From Balanoglossus misakiensis (lineage: Eukaryota; Animalia; Hemichordata), in assembly GCA_040954595.2 (NCBI GenBank), contig CM082583.2, positions 1,188,925-1,252,924 of the forward strand: a stretch of 64,000 nt of DNA. Reading direction: 5' to 3'. Every line of letters begins with the position of its first letter. Positions within the stretch are counted from its first letter, which is position 1. Made by a program: the position numbers and the translations under genes. This document shows, one piece after another, positions 1-12,954 of the stretch. A model generated the notes under the pieces. It made no database searches. It saw nothing but the letters and a program-made list of their open reading frames with translations, and was not told where the DNA came from.

Positions 1-3000
1 GGTTATCACCGGTTCTGGAGAAGAAGATTTTTTTAAATTTAAGCCAGATTTCAGAAAAAAAATTGTAGCAAAAAAACTGCAACATTGACAGCAAAATTTC
101 CAATTACAAAAATGATGAGTAGAAGGTAGTCTACCTGCATGCCAAATTTGAAGTCGATCTGACTTGTAGTTTCTGAGATCTGAGATTTGCATTTTTTCAG
201 AAAATCCAATATGGCCGCCAAGTCACGTGACTAATTAAGTATTCACAAATCACTGCACATCTACTCATTGACCTTGACCACTGTAGCAAGTTTGAGCAGT
301 GTACCTGCAGTAGTTTCTGAGATTTAGTTGGCCGAAGAATTGACAGGAGAATAAAGAAAGAAAGAAAGAAAGAATTAAAGCTGCAAGCAGCATTGTCCGG
401 GCCCAAGCTCTATTATCTGATCTGATTATTAGATATGCACTTAATTAATGAGTAGAAACATAATGCTGTGTTTTATCCCATGAAACATCTATGTTTGGTG
501 TTGACATAGTGTTAAGTAGGTCAAAGGTCACCCAGAGGTCACCCACAATTTGGGCAGAAAATTTTGACCAATAGTGGTCCATGTCCAACAAAAACCAGAC
601 CTCTAGCCCTTTTGGTTAGCCCGGAATTAGGTATGCACATAAATAGTGAGTAAAGCAGGCGTCACAGGTGACCCAAAACTTTGGCTTTTCATTATGGCCC
701 CATACCTCCAAATGCCAAGGCTGTGCCTGCTTTGGATGCTGAGATATGCAAAAGTAGGTCAAAGGTCATCTGAGGTCATCCAAAATTTGGGCAAAAAAAT
801 TTGACCCCATACTGGTCCATGTCCAACAAAAACCAAACCTGTAGCTCAATTGGTTCGCCTGTAATTAGCTATGCACATAATTAATGAGGTCAGCAGAGGT
901 CAAAGGGGTCATGAAAAGTAGCAAAATATTTTGATCACACACTAATCCACATGCATCAAAAACAAAACGTCTTGCCCTATAGGTTAGCCTGGAAATAGAT
1001 ATGCAGAAATAATAATGTGTGAAAAGTAGGTCAAAGGTCATGTGAGAAATCGCCAAAAATTTGTAACATATTGTAGTCATATGACGATTGATATCCATAA
1101 AAAGAATTTGTATGCTATTAGTTTTTATACTAGAAAAAGGAATTTTAATTTTTCACTGCTTTTTACAAAATCCAATATGGCCGCCATAATCTTCGACCAA
1201 TCACATTCCTCTTCCCAAACTTGATAGACATCTGTTTAATGACCACACACACCAAATCTTGCGACTCGGTTATTGCCGGTTCTTGAGAAGAAGATTTTTG
1301 AAATTTTACTAGGGTTTTTCGAAAATCCAATATGGCCGCCATAATCTTCGACCAATCACAATGATCTTCGCAAACTTGATAGACATCAGTTAGGTGACCA
1401 CATACCCCAAACCCCGTGTCTCGGTTATCACCGGTTCTGGAGAAGAAGATTTTTGAAATTTAAGCCAGATTTCAGAAAAAAAATTGTAGCAAAAAAACTG
1501 CAACTTTGTCAGCATAATTTCCAATTACAAAAATGATTGACAGAAGGTAGTCTACCTGCACGCCAAATTTGAAGTTGATCTGACTTGTAGTTTCTGAGAT
1601 CTGAGATTTTCATTTTTTCAGAAAATCCAAGATGGCCGCCAGGTCATGTGACTAATTAAAAATTCATGGGTTCAATGCACGACTACTCATTGACCTTGAC
1701 CACTGTAGCAAGTTTGAGAACTGTACCTGCAGTGGTGTCTGAGATCTAGAGCGACAAAGAATTGACAGAAGAATAAAGAAAGAAGAAAGAAAGAATTAAA
1801 GCTGCAAGCAGCATTGTCGGGCCCAAGCGCTGATCTTGAATTATATATGCACAGTATGAATGAGAAGAAACATAATTTTCTATCGGGTGTATTATCTCAT
1901 GACATAACAAGGGCGTATGTATTTTTGCAGCTGAAATAGGGTAAAGTAGGTCAAAGGTCACCTGAGGTCATCCAACATTTGGGCAAAATATTTTGACCCA
2001 TGCTGGGCCATGTCCAACAAAAACCAAAACTCTAGCTCTATTGGTTCGCGTGTAATTAGGTATGTGTATATTTAATGAGGTCAGCAGGTGTCACAGGTGA
2101 GCCAAAAATTTGGCTTTACATTTAGGTCCCATCCTGCCAAATGCCAAGGCTGTATCTGCTCTGGATGTTGAGATATGCGAAAGTAGGTCAATGGTCACCA
2201 GAGGTCACCCAACATTTGGGCAAAAAATTTTGATCCCATACAGGTCCATGTCCAACAAAAACCAAACCTCTAGCTCTATTGGTTCGCCTGTAATTAGCTA
2301 TGCACATAATTAATGAGGTAAGCAGAGGTCAAAGGGGTCATGGAAAGTAGCAAAATATTTTGATCACACACTTATCCACATGCATCAAAAACCAAACATC
2401 TACCCCTATAGGTTAGCCTGGAATTAGATATGCAGAAATAATAACATGTGAAAAGTAGGTCAAAGGTCATGTGAAAAATCGCCAAAAATTTGTAACATAT
2501 TTTAGTCACATGACGATTGATATCCATACAAAGAATTTCTATGCTATCAATGTTTAGAGTAGAAAAAGGAATTTCAATTTTTCAATGCTTTTTACAAAAT
2601 CCAATATGGCCGCCATAATCTTCGACCAATCACAATGTTCTTTGCAAACTTGATAGACATCAGTGTAGTGACCATACTCCCCGAATCTTGTGACTCAGTT
2701 ATCGCCCGTTCTGGAGAAGAAGATTTGGGGAGTTTTACTATGGTTTTTCGAAAATCCAATATGGCCGCCATAATCTTCAACCAATCACAATGATCTTCGC
2801 AAACTTGATAGACCTCAGTTAGGTGACCCCATACCCCAAACCGCGTGACTCTGTTATCGCCGGTTCTGGAGAAGAAGATTTTTGAAATTTTGACCAGATT
2901 TCAGAAAAACAACTGTAGCAAAAAAACTGCAACATTGACAGCAAAATATCCAATTACAAAAATGATGGGCAGAAGGTACACTACCAGCACGCCAAATCTG

Positions 3001-3441
3001 AAGTAAATCTGACTTGTAGTTTCTGAGATCTGAGATTTGCATTTTTTCAGAAAATCCAATATGGCCGCCATGTCACGTGACTAATTAAAAATTCATGGGT
3101 TCAATGCACGACTACTCATTGACCTTGACCACTGTAGCAAGTTTGAGAACTGTACCTGCAGCGGTGTCTGAGATCTAGAGCGATAAAAAATGGACAGGAG
3201 AATAAAGAAAGAAAGAAAGAAAGAAAGAAAAACCCCAACGAAACCAATAGGGCCCAAGCGCTTGCTTGCGCTTGGGCCCTAAAAATTCCAACGAAACCAA
3301 TACGGGCCCAAGCCTGGCTTGGCTTGGGCCCGTAAAAAACCCCAACGAAACCAATAGGGCCCAAGCGCTGGTATGCGCTTGGGCCCTAAAAACCCCAACG
3401 AAACCAATAGGGCCCAAGCGCTGGTATGCGCTTGGGCCCTA
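1..3441 (-). mobile_element. Nested stack of at least 3 (probably 4) Helentron/HINE-like non-autonomous elements, ~1.45 kb each
   Basis: Four stacked 5' palindromes GGGCCCAAGC...GCTTGGGCCC at ~3249-3441, followed on the minus strand by (TTTC)n. Bodies lie at ~1795-3248, ~374-1794 and 1-373 (runs off the window). The complete bodies end in sub-TIR GCTTGGGCCC plus hairpin GCTGCTTGCAGC. Same family as 6229-7727. Confidence 0.75.
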
Positions 3442-3480
3442 ACAATATTGAAAATCATTTGCCGAACTATTGAAACTGGG

Positions 3481-3571
3481 CACACACACAGACACACACG
3501 CACACACACACACACACACACAGACACATACACACACACACACACACACAGACACACACACACACACACAC
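3481..3571. repeat. (CA)n microsatellite
   Basis: Directly visible, with a few interruptions. Confidence 0.95.
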
Positions 3572-3789
3572 AAACAAAGTCAACATCGTGAACATCAAAG
3601 TCAAAATAAGTCTATTTCCTAATAAAGTCATTCACTAAAAAGTCCTTAAATGATAAATCTTCCGTAAACTGTTACACGATGTTTGTCATAAGCCATCCCT
3701 ACATCGGTTTAGTATATAGTAAATATGACATACTGTCCGCACACTGATATAGAAATATTTATAAGGAATAGGAACATTATAAAGTTGGG

Positions 3790-4125
3790 TTTAGCTGCTT
3801 TTTGTTTTTCTTCAGATGAATGTATAAACATTATAAACAGTCATAACTTATAATTTGAGGCACCTATCTAAAGTATCGATAGAGCTCTTTGACGTTTGAT
3901 TTTGTGAATTACAATTTAATACATGTCTATTATATTTCAAATTTTCAAACCAAATTCAAGAGTTTGGGAATTTATTTGCAAATCTTCAGAAGAAGTTTGA
4001 AATACCAAAAGTTGACGGACGACGGACGACAGACGACAGACGGACGGATGGACAGACGACGGAGGGACACTTATCAACCTACTGCTACAGCTCGGCTGAC
4101 ACAAGTGACAGCAGAGCAAAAATAA
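3790..4125 (-). mobile_element. HINE-like fragment of a different family
   Basis: (GACG/GACA)n microsatellite followed by an imperfect palindrome and an A-run, the typical HINE end. Left boundary approximate. Confidence 0.4.
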
Positions 4126-4709
4126 ATAAATAAACAAAAAAAAAAAAAAAAAAAAAAAAAATAATAAAAAATAAACAAACAACAACAAAAAAGACAAAAC
4201 AACAACAACAAAAAAAAAAAGCTTAGGCTGTTGAACTTGAAATCATCCTCCAACATGTCATTTTGGTATTGGGTGTATTATACATAGTGATGATGTGTGA
4301 AGATGAGAAAGTCAACAAAACTGTTTCCCAAAGGGTTGTAATGATGGCCCCTTAGCCCCTCGGGCCCATATAAAGTACTGTTTCCATCCGTTTTAACCTC
4401 TTCATAGGCCCTTCTGCCCCTCGGGCCAAATTAATGGACCTGGGGACCATCTTTTCCACCAATATCACCTTTTACATTCAACCAGGTCTTCTTTCACCGT
4501 CGTCCAGTGAATAAAAGTTGTTGTTGTTGTTGTTGTTGTTTTATCGATACAATCCACACATTTTCTGTCGTGGTTGTCATCCTGCAAACACATGTGAAAC
4601 TGATCATCAGAAACAATCTGTTTTCAAGACCCTTGTTTTATTGTTATTTGAGTACACTTCTCTATTTCCTGTATAACTCTACCAAAAGGAGAAAACGTAT
4701 TACTCGTAA

Positions 4710-4744
<35 letters not shown>

Positions 4745-4905
4745 AGAAATAAATAAAAGGAAATGCCTACAGTGTTATCCCTTACCTTGACATTTGCTGC
4801 TCACAATTCCAGCGGTACAGTGGACACTCCATCGGCTAGCACTTTTCGTTTGATGTAGAGGTAATTCATGTTAAGATTGTTTGTTATTTGACTTGTTGTA
4901 TTTTA

Positions 4906-7900
4906 TTAAAGAAATTTTCCACTCATATTTGCATAGTTTCTGAGTGATTCATTCATTTTATGATGAATTGCCTCAACACCGTTCTCCCCTAAAAACCCAA
5001 GGCCAACTCCATATTTCTGTATCTGAGGCAGAACATGTTCCTCGAGCATGTGAAGCTTGGGTGTTATGGGTACTTGGGGAAAATGAACTCTGAGATATAT
5101 AAACAACCCTCTTATGTTAGTACCTGTAAATGAAAAAAAAAAAAAAAAGAATATTGTGTATGAACGAATTACATGTATGTAAGTATATGCAATAAAATGA
5201 GAGTGAGGACATGCTGTTTGAAAGTAGTATCTAATTCATGTATGACGTATAATCCACATATGTGTAAAGAATATAATTATAGTATTTTACACTATTTTCA
5301 ATCAACAAGATAATTCAAACACTAGGGTAACAGAATAGTCTAGTTATTTTATACTTACTCAAGGATTCTATTTCATCACCAGTTAATGGCCTACACAGGT
5401 TATATATATTGTGACAGTTGGCAAAGAACATGAAGAGTGGTTGGTACTTGTCATATATATACTCGGCGTCCTCTAAAAGCTCTGGGCAAACATCTGTTAC
5501 CACAGTTACTGGAGTTAAGCAAATCTTCTCAACATGCTGGGGCTAAACAAAGAGAAAAGACATGAAATAATACTTATTATTTGGCATGAAGAATGCAACT
5601 ATGCATTTATAGCATTCACAAAACAGCAAATTTAATGACAAAATCCTAGCCAGTTAATAACCTGTTTACAATCTGCAAGCACTGAAATGTCATAAAAAGA
5701 TCACCCTTTAATAATATTTTGATCCTTGATCACATAAAATTAACCAAATTCTCAATTAGAGAGAGCAGTTAATGGTGGTTACATCAGTACATCAGTACTA
5801 ATGTATTTCGACAGAAGGGAAGTTTCTTGAAAACCTCAGACACGTATACACTGACTATGAAGTGAAAAGCATGCATGCAGGATAATTTGATGCTGACAAA
5901 CCTTACAACACCTATCTACATGATTACCAACAAATGAACGCCCATGGTATGCCTGCCTGTGTACTTTTATACTGACCAATGTCCTATCTAGTGCTCTAAA
6001 ACAATAACCTACTTCAGTAGGTAACAAACTGTCTAAATCCCTGGCTTCAATTTCCTAGAAATATCAATGAGATCATGGTTAAAAAGTTGCAGTCACTACA
6101 TCTTTAGATAGGAAATATCACTAAACAAGGTATTACTATTTGTAACTTATGTTGAAACTGAAATAGCTGAATATTTTATCAATGTGAATCACAGAATCCT
6201 AATAAAACATGAACTTCATGCAACCTAGTTAGGGCCCAAGCCAAGCCAGGCTTGGGCCCTATTGGTTTCGTTGGTATTTTTCAGTCTTTCTTTCTTTCTT
6301 TCTTTCTTTCTTTATTCTTATGTCAATTCTTTGTCGCTCTAGATCTCAGACACCACTGCAGGTGCAGTTTTCAAACTTGCTACAGTGGTCAAGGTCAATG
6401 AGTAGTCGTGCATTGAACCCATGAATTTTTAATTAGTCACGTGACCTGGCGGCCATATTGGATTTTCTGAAAAAATGCAAATCTCAGATCTCAGAAACTA
6501 CGAGTCAGATCGACTTCAAATTTGGCGTGCAGGTAGACTACCTTCTGTCAATCATTTTTGTAATAGGAAATTATGCTGACAAAGTTGCAGTTTTTTTGCT
6601 ACAATTTTTTTTCTGAAATCTGGCTTAAATTTCAAAAATCTTCTTCTCCAGAACCGGTGATAACCGAGACACGGGGTTTGGGGTATGTGGTCACCTAACT
6701 GATGTCTATCAAGTTTGCGAAGATCATTGTGATTGGTCGAAGATTTTGGCGGCCATATTGGATTTTCGAAAAACCCTAGTAAAATTTCAAAAATCTTCTT
6801 CTCAAGAACCGGCGATAACCGAGTCACAAGATTTGGTGTGTGTGGTCATTAAACAGATGTCTAACAAGTTTGCGAAGGGGATTGTGATTGGTCGAAGATT
6901 ATGGCGGCCATATTGGATTTTGTGAAAAACGATTAAAAAGTAAAAATTCCCTTTCTAGCCTAAAAATTGATAGCACAGAAATTCTTTTTATGGATATGAA
7001 TCATCATATAACAAGAATAAGCTATAAATATTTTGGTAATTTTGGCAATGACCTTTGACCTACTTTTGACGCATCATTTTTCTGCATATCTAATTCCAGG
7101 CTAACCAATAGGGCTATAAGTTTGTTTTTTGATGTATGTGGATTTGTATGCGATCAAAAAATTTCGCTACTTTTCATGACCCCTTTGACCTCTGCTGACC
7201 TCATTAAATATGCGCATACCTAATTACAGATGAACCAATAGACCTAGAGGTTTGGTTTTTGTTGGACATGAACCAGTATTGGGTCAAATTTTTTTGCCCA
7301 AATGTTGGGTGACCTCGGATGACCTTTGACCTACTTTTGCATATCTCGACATCCACAGCAGATACAGCCTTGGCGTTTGGAGGTATGGGGCCATAATAAA
7401 AAGCCAAAGTTTTGGGTCACCTGTGACACCTGCTTAACTCATTATTTATGTGCATACCTAATTCCGGGCTAACCAAAAGGGATAGAGGTCTGGTTTTTGT
7501 TGGACATGGACCACTATGGGTCAAAATTTTCTGCCCAAATTGTGGGTGACCTCTGGGTGACCTTTGACCTACTTAACACTATATCAACACCAAACATAGA
7601 TATAACCTTGATATTTCATGGGATAAAACACAGCATTATGTTTCTACTCATTAATTACGTGCATATCTAATAATCTGATCAGATAATACAGCTTGGGCCC
7701 GGACAATGCTGCTTGCAGCTTTAATTATAATTTGTTTTGTTCCTCATCAATTTTGAAAACTGAACACTTCATAAAAGCTATACAACAGTTCACTATCTTG
7801 ATCACTAGCTTATAGCGTTTGTGTAATTGTAGGGTTGCAGAATGCTGGTCACCTAATCATTGTATGTTCAGTATTACCCAAAAGATTATTACCTTCTCCT

Positions 7901-10116
7901 CAGCACTACACAGTAACTCGACTCTTTCCTCTTTCAGTCGATGAACTTCACCCAAGGGTACATCGTCTTTGTCATCCTCATCGAGGTACCCAAAGGCGAT
8001 AACACTAAAAATCTATGCTACATTAGACACAATGGTCAATGACAAACAGATTTTTGACAATTATATGAAACAGTATCTCTCAGACAAGATACAAAAGTGA
8101 TTTTTAGAAGAAAAAAAAATCCATAGTAACATTGTGATGGAATGTAATTTCACACAAGTTTTATAATGTTTGATAACATGTGTAATCCGTATGTAGGTTT
8201 GTGTAAAATGTGTAAATATACAATGTACTAATATATAAACTGACTATACCTTTTCTATAGTTTCAATGTATGTGTTAAAGTTTGCAGGTTGAATGACAGG
8301 TTCATCCACCTCCCCTGTTGTGCTTAGTTTCTTGTATATTTTCTTGTCAAGTTCTATACACTCAGACTCAAGCATCGTAAAGAACATAAGATATACGCCG
8401 AGACTGATGTGCAGCCCTGGCACTGCTACCTGTAAAATAGACAAACATCCAATAATGCAAGTAACTGTCATAAATGGATAAAAGTCACTTCTGTCTTTTC
8501 TTTCCATTAAACAAAGACTAGGAAGAATGAATGCTATAATATTGGAGAGAATACACATTGCACTGGAGAAGAAGTCAACAGACCCCCCTACATCATATAT
8601 ATAGTTGCATTTCATGTGGGTTGGTTAGACTGTGTGATATAATAAGGTTGATTATAGCACATTGCTTTAAAATTGGCAGTATGTACTCACTCTTTCTATT
8701 GGGATACTTATGAGTGGAGTGCGGACACAGTTGTTGTACAGTTTTGCTTTCTTCAACACTCCACCACCATCTTTTTCATATTTATTATGGTCAGAGATGA
8801 TTGATTCCAAGGTCCTAGCCTGGACTTGAGGTCTGTCTTCAGGTACCATGGAACATATGTCCTTTGTTGTCAGGCACCACAAACAAAAGTGTTTTCCTTG
8901 GATAAAAAAAATAGATGAATCTGATCATAACTAACTTACTCATGAAATAGTATGCACCTTAACAGAATAACAAACAGGTTCACAACAACATCAAAGACAG
9001 TTAACCAGAATAATGATGACTGACTGTGTGCATGTACATGTGACAAAATTTTTACAATGTACATCTTACAATTATCAAGCACTTATCATTTGGTCCACTC
9101 AGTCCATACATTTTGGTTAGATATTCATAATCACCCATTACATGCACCTTGATTCTGAAATCTCTGCATAAACAATAGACAAAAAAAATGTAAGTCAGTA
9201 TGTGCTTAATAAATGATTGAAACTCAATTTTAAAATGTGTATAGAATAGGTGCATGTAAAAGAGGGAATGAATGGGCCAAACAGTTGATGATTACAGAAG
9301 ACAGGTATGAGACAGGTAGGTAAATGGGTGATGTATGAGTCACTAGCTTACAGGTAAAATGTGTAAACTATTTTAGTATTAACATGTTAAGATGTGTTCT
9401 ATGATATATTTATGGTATCTGCAATTTCAGGCTACATCACCAATGGATGAATATATGAGGGGGACTATCTAAACCTGTTATGTATTGCCCATACAAGCAA
9501 GGGTCAGATCAAACTGTTTGATTAAATACAGTATGACTTGAAATTTTGATAAAGCATACCTCCATTTAGAATAATCAAGATGGTTTACTTCAGACATTAG
9601 ATGTTCAGTTGCTGTTTGGAGGTTGTGGTAGGTATCAGTGCCGCGATACATGTTTAGGATTATTGTGCTCTTGATGGAATTTGGGTGTTCAACATTGCAC
9701 ACCTCCAAACACGTCTTCATTAGATCGCCTCCTTTATCACCACCGACTTTAATCCAAATCTCTTCTTCTGGTATTACTGCTCCATGCCACGTCAATTTGT
9801 CAGACCTGAATTGAAATAATTTTTAATCAGAGGTGAAGATATTAAATTGTATGCATCAACTGTTCAATCACTTTGAGAGATTGGACATTTATTAAATATG
9901 CTTCCACAACATTGAGCTATTCTGAAATTAGACAATTTAATTCTTCAAACACGAATTTATCTTCCAGTAACCTGGATTACTTATACATGTATCTGACTGC
10001 AAGGCATGAAACTTAGGCATATTACTTATTATGTACTACGGTGTTACTGGTAGTATAATTTTATATTACTATCATACATATAAGTCACTGTATGTGACAG
10101 TACACAACTTGTTCTA

Positions 10117-10159
<43 letters not shown>

Positions 10160-12207
10160 ATGTATGTATGTATGTATGTATGTATGTGTTTTATCATTGT
10201 TTTCAATTGATCTCTTAGTGAATTATATTACAAATTACCTATCTAGTTCCTGAAGGTATCTGAAACAAATACTCTCCAAGTTGGTGCTAATGCTTGGTGC
10301 CAGTCTACATTCAGTGCCAAGATTTCCAGTCACTGGATTTTTCACATGGAACTGAAGGAGTAGGTTCTTGGCTGACACTTCAATTTCTCCAAGTAGACTC
10401 TTTGCTTCTTCCCTATCCCTATTCTCTCCAGGAAAATTTATTTTCCATTTTTTCAACCACCTATGAATACAACAAGTACATAATGCAATGGCAAATGTAA
10501 ACATGAAGAAAATACACATGAGAGTGATATCATCATGACAACTTTTGGTTATGTTGTACTCATGAATCAGTAAATCAGTAAAATAAATTTTGCCTTTTAT
10601 ATTTCATGGTTAATGTCAATGTACCTAAATTCAAAACATACCTCCGCAATTTTCTCAACTTGTTCCATGGGATTGAGAGGTCTGCTTTGACTGCGAGTCC
10701 TGCACCAGGAGGGATTTGTGGTGTGGTCTTGAGAACATTGTTTGCTCTCCTCCATTCAGTCTGTAGTTGTGTTTTGTTGGAGAGATCATCCTCCCCACTC
10801 AAAACCCTCCTTTGAGACTCGATGTGTTGAGCTCTGCTTCTTTTTGTTGTTGAAGATGCAGTACTACTCTTTGTCTTAGGGTGAGGTGTATATGTCATAT
10901 GGAATGGCTGGTTGTAGCAATGTAAATGTAGAAAGAAAAAAAAGTATTTACTAGTATGTAACAATTCATATTTATAATATGAAAGACACATGATGCAAAT
11001 GCAAACTGATTTCACAATGTAGATAACTGTAGTGTTAAAATCAATGTAGATTTATGAAATGATACTGCCAATTGATACATGAAAACACACTTACCCCTCC
11101 TTTTGTTTTGAATCGTACAGGTGCTCCTTTCCTACTATCATCTGTTAGATCAAGCTTTCGCTTTACACACTTAGTTGTCAGGTCTTCAAATCCAGGGGTC
11201 TGTTCAATGTTTGGAGTGTCAAGCAATATTTGGACAGCCTTATGTACGTAATGATGAGATTGTTCTCTCCTTACAATTGGAGCAGTCTTGATCTGTGGTG
11301 GAGTTTCTACTGGTTCTACTGGTGATGGTTGTGGCAAGAGGGCATAATCATGCTCAACAAAGATTGGTACAGGCGTGGACTTAACCTGACAATTCTTAAC
11401 ATGATCTTTCAATTCACTAAGTTTAACAATAGCTGTACACCCTTTCCACGCATAGTCACAGGATAGCTTTAGGTCACTAATCAAATTCATCAAGTGCACA
11501 GGAATAGGCAATATACTTGTGGGTGTGATGTCTTTCCTGCATATTGGGCATGTTGGCGAGCTATTCACCCAGTGTTTTATGCATGGAGCACAATAGATAT
11601 GATGACCCTCACACATTAGCTGTATGGGTTCATCAAAAACCTCTTTGCATATTAGGCATTCTAAATTTGCTGTTATTGAATTAAATCTTTCCACACATAA
11701 AGGAATTTGTGTCTTTAATGATTTACAAGCTTTCATTGTAATTTCCTGTTCTAAACTTTCCACTAAATTTCTGTCTACACTGGTGCTTGCTTGTTTAGAA
11801 TTAAATATATCATTTTCAGAAGCACTGGAACAAGGTGTACACTGGGACCTTTGCTTACTAGGTTTCCCCCCCCCCCCCCCCTTCTTACTGTACCTGATAC
11901 ACACATGGCATTCACCAGTTCTTGAGTGTTTGCACCATTCTGCAATTACTATTTTATGGCTGCAAGATTTTCCAGACAGAGTTGCTGATTTCAAACGTCC
12001 AAGTGTCTTTTTGCATTTGTGGCAGAAATTAGCTGGGTAAGTGGCACTGCTTTCCGGACAATCGATTCCAAAATAAATACGTAAATCCTCCTGAAAATCT
12101 GCACATTTATAAATGCGAGACGATCCTCCAGACGAGCGAATTTTATCTCCACAAATGCGACAACTACTATTGAGGACAAGTTGATGAAAATCAAACGTTT
12201 GAGCCAT
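4906..12207 (-). CDS. RAG1-like DDE transposase (Chapaev/Transib/RAG1 lineage), ~994 aa, 11 exons, with N-terminal Cys/His domain, C3HC4 RING and a second Zn finger
   Basis: Phase-consistent exons: 12207-11095, 10907-10642, 10460-10239, 9805-9560, 9163-9087, 8896-8691, 8429-8250, 8012-7893, 6054-5902, 5542-5359, 5123-4906. Motifs in order: CRICG..FCHKC..W.KH..C.VC; RING CLIC..C.GHHIYC..C..CPIC; C...GC..H...C; GLAVKADLSIPWNKLRKLRR; KVGGDKGG (D1); MGDYE (D2); HFCLWC; PGLHISLG; FVGNH; TPKLHMLEEH; GENGVEAIH (E). The intron-5 donor reads ATAAGT. The C-terminal end is uncertain. Confidence 0.85.
6229..7727 (+). mobile_element. Full-length HINE/Helentron-like non-autonomous element in intron 8 of the RAG1-like gene
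   Basis: 5' AGGGCCCAAGCCAAGCCAGGCTTGGGCCCT palindrome, then (TTTC)n and internal degenerate repeats. The 3' end is GCTTGGGCCCGGACAATGCTGCTTGCAGCTTTAAT. No TSD seen; T-rich flanks. It is the reverse-complement homolog of 374-1794. Confidence 0.75.
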
Positions 12208-12954
12208 AATTAAAGATGAACTATTCGGAATTATCGGAAATGTAAACAAATGCCGGCTACCATCAGCTGTCGGCAGAATTGAAAAGGGCGCTCTTTTTAC
12301 GTAATACGTAAACAATCGATCGTTACCATGGAGCGACCGCGGCCGAGAAAGTCTGACTGCGGCCTGGTGCAAACACTGCTTGAACTTTCACACAATGAAT
12401 CACACTTCACAGTAAAATTACGTTGCATATCATAAAAAATCTTTTTAATGATAAAACGTGGCTTAAAATACATACCGTCGATCTAAAAAATAGTGTCACT
12501 TCCGGGTAATGGTCATGGTTTTGGCAAAGGGTTACGTTGACTTCGCGTGAAATATTTCATACAACATTGACGTCGAGCGACTGAACCTTTGACCCCTGAA
12601 ACGTCCGAGAGTTTACGATGTCGAAACGATTATCTTCGTGCTTGACTATGCTTCCATATTTGGAAAAATACGGCAAAATGCCGGACCTGTCCGAAGGAAT
12701 CCGAAATGGACGCCATCATAGTCTCGTTCGATATTACAAGTTATCGCGTTAATCTATGAGAACTACCGTGCGTTGGTTGTGTTTTCTCTACTCCAATCAG
12801 TATGTCGCCCGCACGCGATAATAACAGACGTGACCACTCATCGCCTCCTCTGCCTCCTCCCAACATCATGCTTTGCAGAAAGTCCACCAATCAAAGCACG
12901 TTCCATATATACTTAGCCATATCTCAATTTTCCACCAACTTAGGGGACCATGTC

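Noticed and set aside
4600-4905. Possible extra 3' exons of the RAG1-like gene (GTAAG donor near 4785)
   Set aside because: No convincing donor from exon 11 and no phase-consistent conserved peptide could be built.
12208-12372. N-terminal extension of the 443-aa ORF
   Set aside because: It starts at TTG. The first ATG is at 12207, just ahead of the conserved Cys motif.
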